A stretch of DNA of 64,000 bases, from NCBI GenBank assembly GCA_040380025.1, contig JBEIJY010000004.1, positions 1 to 64,000 of the forward strand, written 5' to 3'. The translations under genes and the position numbers were made by a program. Below are positions 1-9,882 of this stretch, in pieces. Source of the stretch: Bdellovibrionales bacterium (GTDB lineage Bacteria > Bdellovibrionota > UBA1018 > CAIMNF01). Numbering within the stretch: the stretch's first letter is position 1; each line of letters starts with the position of its first letter. Below the pieces are notes generated by a model. The model was not told where the DNA came from. It did not search any database and worked only from the letters and a program-made list of their open reading frames with translations.

Positions 1-120
1 AGTGGCTCCCGATGAGGAAATCAGGTGGATCCCATGAAGGAAATCAACTGGACCCGTTTAGGAAATCAGGTGGATCCCATCACTGGAAATTAGGTGGATC
101 CGGTGGGAGGAAATTTTGCA
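1..120. mobile_element. Terminus of a probable IS21-family insertion sequence; the rest lies left of the window
   Basis: GGAAATCAGGTGGATCCC-like units start at 16, 39, 61 and 85, with a partial unit at 109 (period 22-24 bp). The stretch ends in CA at 120 (TG on the minus strand). Multiple subterminal repeats with TG..CA ends are typical of IS21. No transposase is in the window. Confidence 0.7.
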
Positions 121-1346
121 GCTGAAATCATCTCCAAAGCGGACAATGGAGACCGGATGTCGTGGGATACCTGCTCCGAAAAATCCAGCAATTTTCGCTG
201 TATGGAGAGATTCTGTTCATAGCGGGCAAGATCCCTTGAGGCAGAGACTTTAACCATGAACGCCTCATCCACAATATCTCGCAATTCGACCGGGACTCCA
301 ACGGTCACATTTTGATTTTCAGTCATATGAGGCCCGAATGCATCTGTGGTGATTCGTCGAGCAAGATCGGTAGCAGTCGAAAACTCCCTAAGAAGAAAGA
401 AACTAATGAAATTGGCAAGTACCGATCCTAAGATACAGCCAACTCCCGCAATCCGGATGGCGTCGCGAGTCCCGTAATTCGAAAGACTCAAAAACAAAAC
501 CACCAGAAACAGAGCAATCAAGACTGCGCCCTTTGTCTTTGATGTCATGCTTCGGTAGTCGAGAATTTCAAGTTCGGGAATTCTTTTGTTGGATGTGAAA
601 GAAATTGCAATGACTCCGACTCCGATGAAATACAGCACCTCGTAAAAACCGAAAACAGGCGCATCATCCACAAGCTTCTCGACTCTGAGTGCCCAATCCG
701 AAATCACCAGAGTCACAATTCCAATTCCAAAGTTCGACCAAAAAATCGTCCGGGAAGCAATCAATGCAATCAGGCCGTGCGCCAAAAGGAGCAAAGACCC
801 CACCACACCAGTAATCTCCATTAAGACCACATAAAGATTCATTTCTCCTGAGGAAATTCTTAAAAAAGGAACCAAAAGCAATCGAAGAGCAAGAGGGATG
901 CAAAGGAGATAGACAAAATAATTCGATGCTTGCCTCATCCAGGTTCGAGGATGGGATGCCCCGAGAACAATTGAAACAGCCCCGGAAAAATACGCAAAAA
1001 CATACATCAAAGTAGTCAAGGATACAGAAAGGGGTGTTCGGGAGGACCAGCTCAATCCGTAATAGATCAACACATAAAAAAAATCGCCAATGCCAAGAAA
1101 AAGAAAGAATGCCAGAAGAGTCCGCGGGGCGAAACGGGAAGGGCCGCCCATAGAAGCCTTGAAAACAACAAACGCACAAAAAAACTCAAGAGCTACCTCA
1201 CAAGCTCCCATGATCAAACCCTGTCGGGACCCCATAAAGCGGTGCTCAACAAGGTAAACGATTGCTGCAATCACGAGAATTGCCGCGATCTTCAACGAAT
1301 AGCTTTTCAGGTCAGGGTTACGACTGCCCATGTTGTTGGTGAACAT
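90..1346 (-). pseudogene. Multi-TM sensor histidine kinase truncated just after the HisKA H-box
   Basis: Many hydrophobic segments, then SHDIRSPLSAL. The frame runs into the repeat element at 120 and stops at 90. No HATPase domain. Confidence 0.75.
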
Positions 1347-1897
1347 CCCCGGTAATTGCCAATCTTCAAGGTCCCAATTCCTTTAAACCCACCTGTTTCG
1401 AACAAAACTGCAGATGCTTTGTTTTGATGCGGTTCGATCATGTAATCCGACACAAAACGCTCCTCCTTAAAAACCCCGATTATGTGCTTTAGAAGAGCCA
1501 TACCCAATCCCCGACGCCTCAGCCCCTGATCGATCACAATCTGATAAATGTATTTCCATACCCCGTACTTAAACACGCTCGCATCGAAGTCAATCACAGT
1601 ACCCCCAGCACGGAGCAAGTCCTGAAATTCACTCATGGGAGAAACAACAATGTAGCCCGAAACAATACCATCCCCCCGCAATACCAAAAAAATTCTGCTA
1701 CCTGAATGAATCAACCTAACCCACTCCGACCGATCCCAGACGGTAACCACAAAGCCCTGAACCAAATCAGAGTCAGAAGAAACTCTGGCATTTTTTTGAA
1801 TCTCGATCGCACGATCAAGCATGAGATCAACTTGATCCGAACTGAAGTCGGCAGAAGTGATCTCAGAAATCACATAAGAAATATCTTCTTTGCTCAC
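1307..1897 (-). CDS. GNAT family N-acetyltransferase
   Basis: YQIVIDQGLRRRGLGMALL acetyl-CoA motif and NKASAVLFETGGF. A GTG start overlaps the upstream TGA (GTGA at 1897-1894). Confidence 0.8.
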   Translation of the reverse strand: MSKEDISYVISEITSADFSSDQVDLMLDRAIEIQKNARVSSDSDLVQGFVVTVWDRSEWVRLIHSGSRIFLVLRGDGIVSGYIVVSPMSEFQDLLRAGGTVIDFDASVFKYGVWKYIYQIVIDQGLRRRGLGMALLKHIIGVFKEERFVSDYMIEPHQNKASAVLFETGGFKGIGTLKIGNYRGCSPTTWAVVTLT

Positions 1898-2256
1898 CCG
1901 AGCTCCGTGTACTTTTTCGAGTTCCCTTTCGAGAGCCCGACCGGGTATTTCTCTGCGTTCTTTTGAATCTTTACCGCGAGGGCCGCTCCAAGGTCGATTT
2001 CGCAATGGTCGGCAATCCGAAGCAGGTACCCGAACACATCTGCAAGCTCCTCTGCGATTCGGGATTTACATACCTCATCCTGATGCGCGGAATTCGACTG
2101 TTCCTCGGTCTTCCACTGAAAAATCTCTGCAAGTTCAGCGGCCTCGACCATCAAAGCGGTCGAGAGATTCTTAACCGAATGAAATTGTCCCCAATCGCGT
2201 TCGGCTGCGAATTGCTTCAGCTCACTCAATAAAACGTCCGCATCAATGCACTTCAT
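1894..2256 (-). CDS. MazG-like nucleotide pyrophosphohydrolase (dCTPase-like)
   Basis: ERDWGQFHSVKNL, EAAELAEIFQW, EELADV and KNAEKYP motifs. Confidence 0.9.
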   Translation of the reverse strand: MKCIDADVLLSELKQFAAERDWGQFHSVKNLSTALMVEAAELAEIFQWKTEEQSNSAHQDEVCKSRIAEELADVFGYLLRIADHCEIDLGAALAVKIQKNAEKYPVGLSKGNSKKYTELG

Positions 2257-4108
2257 GGCTTACCAGCGCCTCCTTGAAATACCGGGCCGTTTCCTCGTCC
2301 GTGCAATAAATCGCACAGCCCTTCGTCCCGCGGGTCAGAAGCGTCCGGTATGTATTTTTAATCACCGCATCCGCATCGGCAAGGGCCTTTTCTCGATTCC
2401 ACTTCAGGAGCCCCTTGAACCCCTTGATGGATTGGTCCCCTTTTGCACGCTTGGTTCCGTCCGTGATCACCACACCATCGCGGACGATCAAATCAGGACC
2501 GATGATGACGCCAACATAATCCATCTCAAGCCCCTGGCAGGTATGAATGCACCCGATCTGTTCGATCGATCCGGGCTGGATCAGCCAAGCGCTTCCATCC
2601 GAGGCGAGATTCCATTTTTTCTTGAAATCGCCGATCTCGATGTCAAACGCTCGGGCGTTCTTTTTGCTCTTCCACTCCCAGCAGTACCCGGCAACAACGC
2701 GGGACTTTCCACCTACGGAATTTTTTCCCTTGATGAACTCGAACATCCCATCGGGGGTGTCGAACACCCTGAAGTCATATTGCGCCGAATTCAGAGTCTC
2801 GTTCGCGGTCTCTCGGATTTGCAACCGATCATCGAGCCATGCGAGATAGGCATCGGAACCGTTGCACCGATACTGCGATTCGAGTTCCATGACACTCACC
2901 CGAGCACCCAGTTTTTTCGCCCATCGGGTGATCTCGGCTTTCGAGCCGATGTCTTTGAATGTGACGCGCTGATGGTCATCCAAGAAAAACACCGTGAACA
3001 GGGCGCTCTGAATGATCTCTTTGACCTGATTCTCGCCCAGGTTCGAGAACAATCCGGATTTTTCATTGAGCCGGTGGGCTTCATCGATGACCAAGGTGTC
3101 GAAGGTGTTCTTCTCGGTCTGATGAAATCCCCCCGAACCCACGAACAGGTTCGAGATGTGGGAGCGTTTAAAGGAACCCGTGAGCATGGCTTCGTACACG
3201 GCTCTCGGAGCTGCATTTTTCGTGATGTATTGGCTGGTCATGGACCTCTTCGTGAACTCAACGAGGAGATTCACGGCGACGACGCTTTTTCCGGATCCTG
3301 GCCCCCCTTGCACGATCAGAACCTGTTTTGAGGTCGCCGAGCTTTTTTTGGCAAGATCAAGCGCGGTCTCGAAGACGATCTTCTGCTCGTCGACCATGAA
3401 GAACTCCTCATTGCCCTTCAGCATCGAAGCCAGGCTCTCGGCCAGGTTTTTCGAGGGTCGGATTTTTCCCTGATCGATGGCGTACAAAAGATTGCGCCGA
3501 TCGCCGTGGCGCACATGTTTTTTGATGAAGTCCCTGAGCTTTGCGGCCTCATCTCGCAGAAAGACAGGGGTATTCTGAAGATGATGCTCGTAGAAAGGGT
3601 CCCGTACGACAGAGCCATCCTTGCAATTATGAAGGTAGGCGCAGGGGTAAAGCGAGATGTCGTGATCCTCGACCGCGGAATTGAAGTTCTTGAGCAGCAT
3701 GGCGTAGCTCCATGCCTGATACGAAGGATGAGGCGTCTCGCGCAAGCCGCCACCAAGCTGAGTCACGACCACGCCGTCTTTGTCGCTCGGACGGATGTCG
3801 GTCCATTGCTTGAGTTCGACGATCACGAGCGAGTTCTTTTGGGTCTCGTCAAGTCCCGAGACGATAAAGTCAATTCGTTTTGCCGTGTTCGGCACCTTGT
3901 ATTCGATTCCCACCTGGGCATCGGCTGGGATTTCCGGATCCTCGAGAATATTGCTCATGTACTGCAATGAGTTCCGCCAAGAGGAAAGCTCGGATTGCCC
4001 TGTCCGCCTCCCGATTTTCTTAAGAATGGCGCCCGAGACCAGATCGTCGATCCGGTTCTCGAAGACATCCTGCCGAAATTGCACCTTATTTGCCGAGTAA
4101 ATGATCAT
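2243..4108 (-). CDS. DUF2075 (Schlafen group 3-type) helicase with an N-terminal PD-(D/E)xK-like nuclease domain
   Basis: RIDFIV...IVELKQW; Walker A GGPGSGKS; DEAHRL; GCIHTCQGLE; YRTLLTRG. Confidence 0.88.
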   Translation of the reverse strand: MIIYSANKVQFRQDVFENRIDDLVSGAILKKIGRRTGQSELSSWRNSLQYMSNILEDPEIPADAQVGIEYKVPNTAKRIDFIVSGLDETQKNSLVIVELKQWTDIRPSDKDGVVVTQLGGGLRETPHPSYQAWSYAMLLKNFNSAVEDHDISLYPCAYLHNCKDGSVVRDPFYEHHLQNTPVFLRDEAAKLRDFIKKHVRHGDRRNLLYAIDQGKIRPSKNLAESLASMLKGNEEFFMVDEQKIVFETALDLAKKSSATSKQVLIVQGGPGSGKSVVAVNLLVEFTKRSMTSQYITKNAAPRAVYEAMLTGSFKRSHISNLFVGSGGFHQTEKNTFDTLVIDEAHRLNEKSGLFSNLGENQVKEIIQSALFTVFFLDDHQRVTFKDIGSKAEITRWAKKLGARVSVMELESQYRCNGSDAYLAWLDDRLQIRETANETLNSAQYDFRVFDTPDGMFEFIKGKNSVGGKSRVVAGYCWEWKSKKNARAFDIEIGDFKKKWNLASDGSAWLIQPGSIEQIGCIHTCQGLEMDYVGVIIGPDLIVRDGVVITDGTKRAKGDQSIKGFKGLLKWNREKALADADAVIKNTYRTLLTRGTKGCAIYCTDEETARYFKEALVSHEVH

Positions 4109-4341
4109 GGCTGTGTCGGCAGGGTATCACCGGTGCCCTGGAGCCGGAAGCAGGAAGATGCGGGCTTTTGGTGTCAACCGAGGTCACGGAAGGGGCGAAT
4201 GATACCCCCGAACCCTTGGCATTTCGGCCAAAATAACATACAATTTGTGTCGTATCCCGAGCGAAGAATCCCTCTTCCAGCAACCGAGAGGCGCACGCCC
4301 TCCGCGGTGCTTGATTGATACGGCCACAAGGAGGCAAAACC

Positions 4342-4992
4342 ATGAAATCAACCCCATCTGCAAACTCCAAAGCGACCGCCAAAGTCAAAACCCGAAGAAA
4401 GCCCGCGCCCAAAAAGCGAAAGCCCGAGGCGGATCTCTCGAACGGACCGTTTCAGGGGCTCTCGCCCGAGAGCGCGAGCCTCCTTCAGCCGCTTGTGCTC
4501 GCGCTGGAGTCCGAGCTTTCCAAACGCGGACTGATTGCCGCAGAGGTGCGCCACTCGACTCCTGCGGGCATCTCGTATCGGTACATTGTGGAACGATCGC
4601 TTGGCGTGGTGGTCGACCTCTACAAACCGAACTCGAGCCCGCACCTGATGTTCTCGATCGAGGCCGACATCGGCCGCGCCCTGAAGGATCCCTCGCGCAT
4701 GTTTTTGCTCGAGTCGCTTTTGGAGCTGAATCTCGGCTGTTCGACGCAGTTCCGGATCGGGCTCGATCACCAAAACCTCATTCGCGTGGTGTTCAGTGCT
4801 CGCGTTTTTGATCAGCTCTCGATCTCGGGCCTGGGTGAGCTCATGGACCGGATGATGTCCTACGCGTGTTACGCAAAAGACCGCATCGGCGATCAGCGCG
4901 CGTTTGTGCCGATTGATTTTGAAGCTCCCGCCCAAATGAAACCCCAGGAGAGCGAGAAGGAATCGCCCGGCCCGAATGGCTGGGTGCATTAA
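4342..4992 (+). CDS. Hypothetical protein with a basic N-terminal tail and a possible YbjN/CesT chaperone-like domain
   Basis: AGGAGG RBS at 4329. LLESLLELNL...FRIGLD resembles T3SS-chaperone/YbjN proteins. Confidence 0.5.
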   Translation: MKSTPSANSKATAKVKTRRKPAPKKRKPEADLSNGPFQGLSPESASLLQPLVLALESELSKRGLIAAEVRHSTPAGISYRYIVERSLGVVVDLYKPNSSPHLMFSIEADIGRALKDPSRMFLLESLLELNLGCSTQFRIGLDHQNLIRVVFSARVFDQLSISGLGELMDRMMSYACYAKDRIGDQRAFVPIDFEAPAQMKPQESEKESPGPNGWVH

Positions 4993-4998
4993 GAGGGT

Positions 4999-5868
4999 AT
5001 GCCCATGCCCCAAGAAACCCCAAGCAGAACGGACCGCGAACTCGGAATGCTCCTCGGGCTTCATGCCGGGGACTCGCTCGGGGCGACGCTGGAGTTTCAA
5101 GCGCCGGTGTCGGAATCGAAGTGGCTTCGGGAGATCGTCGGTGGAGGCCCTCTAAGGTGGAATCCCGGAGATGCGACCGACGACACCGACCTCATGATTT
5201 GTGTGTTGTCGGCGATTCAAAAAAACCGGACGGAATTCTCGTTTGAAACTCTGATCGACGGCTTTTTGAGCTGGTATGACTCAGACCCCGTCGATATCGG
5301 AAACACCACAGAACGAGGCCTTGAGCGCCTGATCGAGGGCCACCCGCCCGAGAAATGCGGATCCTCGGGCGAGTATGACCAGGGGAACGGATCGCTCATG
5401 CGATGTGCCCCGCTTGCACTTTTGAACGTCGGCAACGAGGAGCTTGAGCGGATTATCGCAAAACAAGCGCGCATCACCCATGCCCATCGGGCATGCATCC
5501 GGGCCGATGTCACGTTGGTGTATGCTCTGCGAGATTTACTTTCGGGCCTCGAGAAGCAGGTGGTTTTTGAGAACGCGATCGCGCGCTCGCCCGAGCTGAG
5601 CGAGGCAATCGAGACCCCGTGGGAAGAGTTCGAGACTTCGGGATACGTTCGCCACACCCTGATCGCGGGATTCTGGGCATTGATGAACTGCGACTCTTTT
5701 GAGGAGTCGGTGGTGAAAATCGTGAACCGGGGCCGGGATGCCGACACCTGTGGCGCGGTCGCCGGAGCCCTTTGTGGAGCGTATTACGGGGTGCGGGGGA
5801 TTCCGGAATCATGGCTTGGCACCCTGAAGCGCGCGGGGGAGATTCGGGGGATTTATGAGAGAGGTTGA
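4999..5868 (+). CDS. ADP-ribosylglycohydrolase (DraG/ARH family)
   Basis: GDSLGA, TDDTD, GNGSLMR, ITH and DADTCGAVAGAL motifs. Confidence 0.93.
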   Translation: MPMPQETPSRTDRELGMLLGLHAGDSLGATLEFQAPVSESKWLREIVGGGPLRWNPGDATDDTDLMICVLSAIQKNRTEFSFETLIDGFLSWYDSDPVDIGNTTERGLERLIEGHPPEKCGSSGEYDQGNGSLMRCAPLALLNVGNEELERIIAKQARITHAHRACIRADVTLVYALRDLLSGLEKQVVFENAIARSPELSEAIETPWEEFETSGYVRHTLIAGFWALMNCDSFEESVVKIVNRGRDADTCGAVAGALCGAYYGVRGIPESWLGTLKRAGEIRGIYERG

Positions 5869-6775
5869 TGACCCGTGGAGAGAGACGATGGAACAAAAAG
5901 AGGATGGAATCATTTTGAGCTTCGCGCAGAGTTTCGAGGATTATTTATTTCAAACTAATAAGCCTGGAAGCAACAAGGCTGCGTCCTACCTTCGGGCGAT
6001 CGAACTTCTCTCGCCCATTCTGAAAGCAAAGGGCGGGGATTTTCGAGAGGATCATGATGTCCTCACCATTGACAACCCAGAACGGATAAGAAGTCTCTAC
6101 CAGTTCATCCTAGAGCAGCAGAAACTTGGGGAGGATGGAATATTTAATGGAGAATCTCCGTCCAGCTATTGGCGCGACAGGTACTTTTCAGCCGCTCTCA
6201 ATCAGTATTATCGTTTTTTGAAATTACCAGAGCAAGCGGTCGTGCGCAGAGCGACTCAGATGTTTCAGGACTTGGCCAACCCCACACTGATCGAAAAAAT
6301 TCAACACCTAGATGACGAATCTGAGTTTGAACGATTTCTTTCATTCTCAGGCATCGATGAGAGCATTCCAGGCGGGATCGAACGGATACGAATGCAAAAA
6401 ACTAGGGTGAACCAAAGTATTTTTCGAAAAATCACACTTCTGAATTATCAGAACACCTGTTGCATCACCGGCCTCACCCTTCGTCCTGTTCTGCGAGCGA
6501 GTCATATTCTTGCTTGGTCAGAGAGCGTGGAACACCGAATGAATCCTGCGAATGGACTTTGTCTCTCGGCCACTTATGACGCAGCCTTTGATCGACACCT
6601 GATTTCGCTGGACGAGGAGTACAGAATCATTCTGAGCAAGAAGGTAAGAGAAAACCATTCGAATGAGGCCACGAGAACTCTTTTTTTGAGCCTTGAAGGA
6701 ACGAAGATTTCGCTCCCGAAGCGCTTTCAACCAAATCAGGATTTTTTGAAGGAGCACCGGGAGAGGATGGGGTAG
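5855..6775 (+). CDS. HNH endonuclease (putative restriction nuclease)
   Basis: RVNQSIFR, CCITG, ASHILAWS and NGLCLSATYDAAFD at the C-terminus. Confidence 0.85.
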   Translation: MREVDDPWRETMEQKEDGIILSFAQSFEDYLFQTNKPGSNKAASYLRAIELLSPILKAKGGDFREDHDVLTIDNPERIRSLYQFILEQQKLGEDGIFNGESPSSYWRDRYFSAALNQYYRFLKLPEQAVVRRATQMFQDLANPTLIEKIQHLDDESEFERFLSFSGIDESIPGGIERIRMQKTRVNQSIFRKITLLNYQNTCCITGLTLRPVLRASHILAWSESVEHRMNPANGLCLSATYDAAFDRHLISLDEEYRIILSKKVRENHSNEATRTLFLSLEGTKISLPKRFQPNQDFLKEHRERMG

Positions 6776-6979
6776 GAAATACTGAATAGTCCGTTCTAAA
6801 CAGGGGCTACTACAATCTCAAGCCGCACCGAATTCAGGGGCTCAAAAAGCTAACTTAGTTACCGCCCAAATGTAGACTTGGCATCGAAGACTCGTACACG
6901 ATCATAAAAGATTTTTTACATTAATCCCGGCTCAAACACCACCACAGCACTAATAGAACACTCCAAAACGCGGCCACAA

Positions 6980-7969
6980 CTAATCGAAAATGAATCTCAT
7001 TTTACGGTGCCAACCAAGGCTCTCTTTAGATGGCCTATATTCCGTTTTGTTAGGTAAAAAAATCTCACGTCCATCGAATTGGCGAATTGAAAACGGCGAA
7101 TCCAACTCTTTCAACGCCTTCGATACTTTTACCCGATAGTCATCGGTGATCGAAATCAATCCCCGATCAAACGCCCGGTGTAAATTAGGGCAGAGGGATA
7201 TTCCATTGGTAATGGTATCGTCCTTGGAAACAGAAAACGGCACGATATGGCAAGCGTCAATAAGCTGAGCCTGAGTCTTGGTCTCGATCTGCATCCCGGA
7301 GATCGCACATCGATAATGATATATTCTCGGAATTTCTCGTTTAAAAATTCCGCCCCTCACGAAAATTAATTCTTCGGCTTCCTCTTTTGGCAGCTTTCCG
7401 ATGAGAGATTCAATTTTTTTACGATACTCTTCTCCAGAGCTAGAAAGAATCTCCGAGGAAACAACCTGAATCTCGGAATCAATCGTGCCTTCAATTCGGG
7501 AAAGATCATGGTTTTGGAAATATCTTTCTAACAGGGCCGCCTGCAAAACACGCACAGAATGCAAATTTTTCAACAAAAAGAACAATTCAGGGTCGAGCTC
7601 AACATAGTCCAAAGCCTCAAGCAATGCGCTCATACTCCGAATGCTGTGAGATGACGTGACGGCAAAAGATTGCCCCAACCGAGGAATCAACCGCCAAAAA
7701 GAGGAGGACTTTAAATGATAAAATGGCAAAGCAAAATTAGGCTTAAATCTTGAATCATGAACCAAAATGCTCCAAAGCCGTTTAAACTCCATCAGGAGTT
7801 CCGGAGTTACTTCAATTCGGTTCACCGGGTATGCGTGCTCTTTGAATTGATTCAAAACAGCAAGGAGAAGAATAGGCTTGTGCGGAGCATCCTTATCTCT
7901 CCTCAAGTTTGTGAACTGGGACATGAATCGATCAATATGATTTAGATAAGTCACGATCGATTCCGCCAC
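6980..7969 (-). CDS. SBD-HNH putative phosphorothioate-dependent restriction endonuclease
   Basis: N-terminal APHKPILLLAVL and PFYHL..FW (sulfur-binding-domain signature). C-terminal CAISG..ACHIVPF..NGISLCPNLHRAFD. Confidence 0.8.
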   Translation of the reverse strand: MAESIVTYLNHIDRFMSQFTNLRRDKDAPHKPILLLAVLNQFKEHAYPVNRIEVTPELLMEFKRLWSILVHDSRFKPNFALPFYHLKSSSFWRLIPRLGQSFAVTSSHSIRSMSALLEALDYVELDPELFFLLKNLHSVRVLQAALLERYFQNHDLSRIEGTIDSEIQVVSSEILSSSGEEYRKKIESLIGKLPKEEAEELIFVRGGIFKREIPRIYHYRCAISGMQIETKTQAQLIDACHIVPFSVSKDDTITNGISLCPNLHRAFDRGLISITDDYRVKVSKALKELDSPFSIRQFDGREIFLPNKTEYRPSKESLGWHRKMRFIFD

Positions 7970-8131
7970 AACCGCCCTGGTATTATGCGCTTCACCTAAA
8001 TTTCAGCCTCGTCACTTTCTGTATCCAGAAGTTTTTGGTCTAATGAAACTTGCATCAAAATCCTTCCATTCCAAATCTTTCATCGACCGCGGTCTCAGTA
8101 ACCAATAAAGGAATAAAAATCCATGAAAAAT

Positions 8132-8581
8132 TCATCGTAGATCTCCACCAATTTCTCTCTCAATAATACGAATAAAATCAGATTGCCAACCCCCACACTG
8201 CCGAATCAACCTGTCCCGGTCTTTATAGATTTGTATTCCCAATTCCAAAACGGCAGGCCGGTGGATCTCGTCGCACCTGAAATAGATTGAATTCACCATA
8301 TGCATGTATCTCTGCGATATTCGCCAAGGGAACTCGGTTCTAAAATCTCCATCAAAAACGACACTGTCTTTAAACTGAAGATAGTCATAACCGCAAAAAA
8401 TTCTCTCCTCTTCTTTTTTCATTGTTCGGATCAGCTCCAGAACAAACAAAATATCAGCCGAGTTTCGAACCCCATGTTTCGCGAGTCTTAAAACATCAAA
8501 AAATGGCCTTTCTACATCACGATTTACATCCGGCAGGGCTGGTACTCCTTGCACCCAAGAAGACTTTGTTTTTTTAAACAC
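8132..8581 (-). CDS. Hypothetical protein
   Basis: 149-aa ORF in an AT-richer segment; no motif recognised. Confidence 0.45.
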   Translation of the reverse strand: MFKKTKSSWVQGVPALPDVNRDVERPFFDVLRLAKHGVRNSADILFVLELIRTMKKEEERIFCGYDYLQFKDSVVFDGDFRTEFPWRISQRYMHMVNSIYFRCDEIHRPAVLELGIQIYKDRDRLIRQCGGWQSDFIRIIEREIGGDLR

Positions 8582-8659
8582 TCGAAACTCTCATTCAGAT
8601 TCATTTTTATTCTCCCGTGCACTCATAATTGCGAAAATAATTGCATCATTTCAAAGTTC

Positions 8660-8995
8660 TCAGGGACTCTGATTCCCCCCCCCCACCGCAAACAACACCC
8701 CGGTCATGAACCGCCGGGTGTTCGATCCGGCGCTGATGCCAAAGCGGCCGAGCATATGATCAACTGGCAACACAAGCAGGCAAATCACCTTCAGAGGCGT
8801 GCCAAGGCCTTGCATCGCACTCGCTACCAATGGGGCATTCATCAGCACCACTCCTGCGATCAACCCAAGACATCGTCCACACAAAGGTAAACAAAATCGC
8901 CCGAGGTGCGGAGCTCGCTCTATTTTTAAATTGCAAAGCGGGCGCTCGCCAAAGTACTGAAGCCGCCCCCGCCACTCCATAAATCGGATTCCCAT
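8660..8995 (-). CDS. DUF2085-like small membrane protein
   Basis: PLCGRCLG and SNTRRFMTGVLF motifs, with hydrophobic helices. Confidence 0.7.
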   Translation of the reverse strand: MGIRFMEWRGRLQYFGERPLCNLKIERAPHLGRFCLPLCGRCLGLIAGVVLMNAPLVASAMQGLGTPLKVICLLVLPVDHMLGRFGISAGSNTRRFMTGVLFAVGGGNQSP

Positions 8996-9093
8996 GGCCC
9001 GGACTCCCTCTCTACCGACAGCAAAAACAGATCAACAAAAGAATGATCAACCAAGTGGGAACAAACATGAAACTCCTTTTTCACCCCTGCGTT

Positions 9094-9882
9094 TCACGGC
9101 TTGAAACCCCGTTCGAGTTCCTCATTCAGGTCGACCGAGATCATGCCGAGGCCATCAGTAAAGCGAAATCGAAACTGGTTCAGGAGCGAACGCCCGATGA
9201 CCCCATCGAGTCCGATCATCCGGACGCTCATTGCAAGCATGCCCGATAGGCGCCCGAATCGAAGAGATCCGGCGGGGATGGAAGCTCCTCTTTGATCGGG
9301 GGCGCATTCTGCATGAAGATGCGCCTCATATTCCCTGCTCTCGGTCCGGAATGCGCCGGTGAGCGGATGGACATCTTCAAGATCAGGGGCAGAAATTCCC
9401 CCATCCGGCAGATCGAGCAAATATCCATGCTCGCACCCCGAATCAAGCACAAGTCTCTGCCGGACTCCCGCAAGATCGACATGGACCACGGGAACTCCCA
9501 TCACCGTTTCGGTCTTCAGAATGCGCCAGTGCCTTCGCTCTGCCACCTCGGGATTCACCCACCTGAGCTCGACCGTTCCGGCCTTCACATCCATCATCAT
9601 GTCCATTCGTGCAAAGGCATCGGCGCCCGCGAGTGCATGCACATGGACTCCCGGCACAAGATGACCCACCGTGGACTGGATCTTCGAGATCGGCATGAGC
9701 AAATTGCCCGCCGATTCATGAATCCCGCATCTTCGCAAAAACGGAGAACCGCGAACCGGGTCAAATAACGAATGGGTCGATCCGGTGTCTAAAATCACAT
9801 TCTCGCCGTCGATTTCGATGAGCGCCAATTTTTGACTCAAAAGGCGGCATGTTCGTTCTAAGGTCATATCAAGTTTGCTCAT
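9094..9882 (-). CDS. Aspartyl protease with two retropepsin-like lobes
   Basis: ILDTGS and VLDSG motifs; ALAGAD and GVIGRSLL hydrophobic-Gly motifs. Confidence 0.7.
   Translation of the reverse strand: MSKLDMTLERTCRLLSQKLALIEIDGENVILDTGSTHSLFDPVRGSPFLRRCGIHESAGNLLMPISKIQSTVGHLVPGVHVHALAGADAFARMDMMMDVKAGTVELRWVNPEVAERRHWRILKTETVMGVPVVHVDLAGVRQRLVLDSGCEHGYLLDLPDGGISAPDLEDVHPLTGAFRTESREYEAHLHAECAPDQRGASIPAGSLRFGRLSGMLAMSVRMIGLDGVIGRSLLNQFRFRFTDGLGMISVDLNEELERGFKP

Noticed and set aside
1..120. CRISPR array
   Set aside because: The period is only 22-24 bp with 5-6 nt between units, the units are degenerate and no cas genes are present. It fits IS subterminal repeats better.
6776..6979. Integron attC site between the HNH genes
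   Set aside because: A CTAAC is present but there is no extended imperfect palindrome ending in GTTRRRY, and no integrase.
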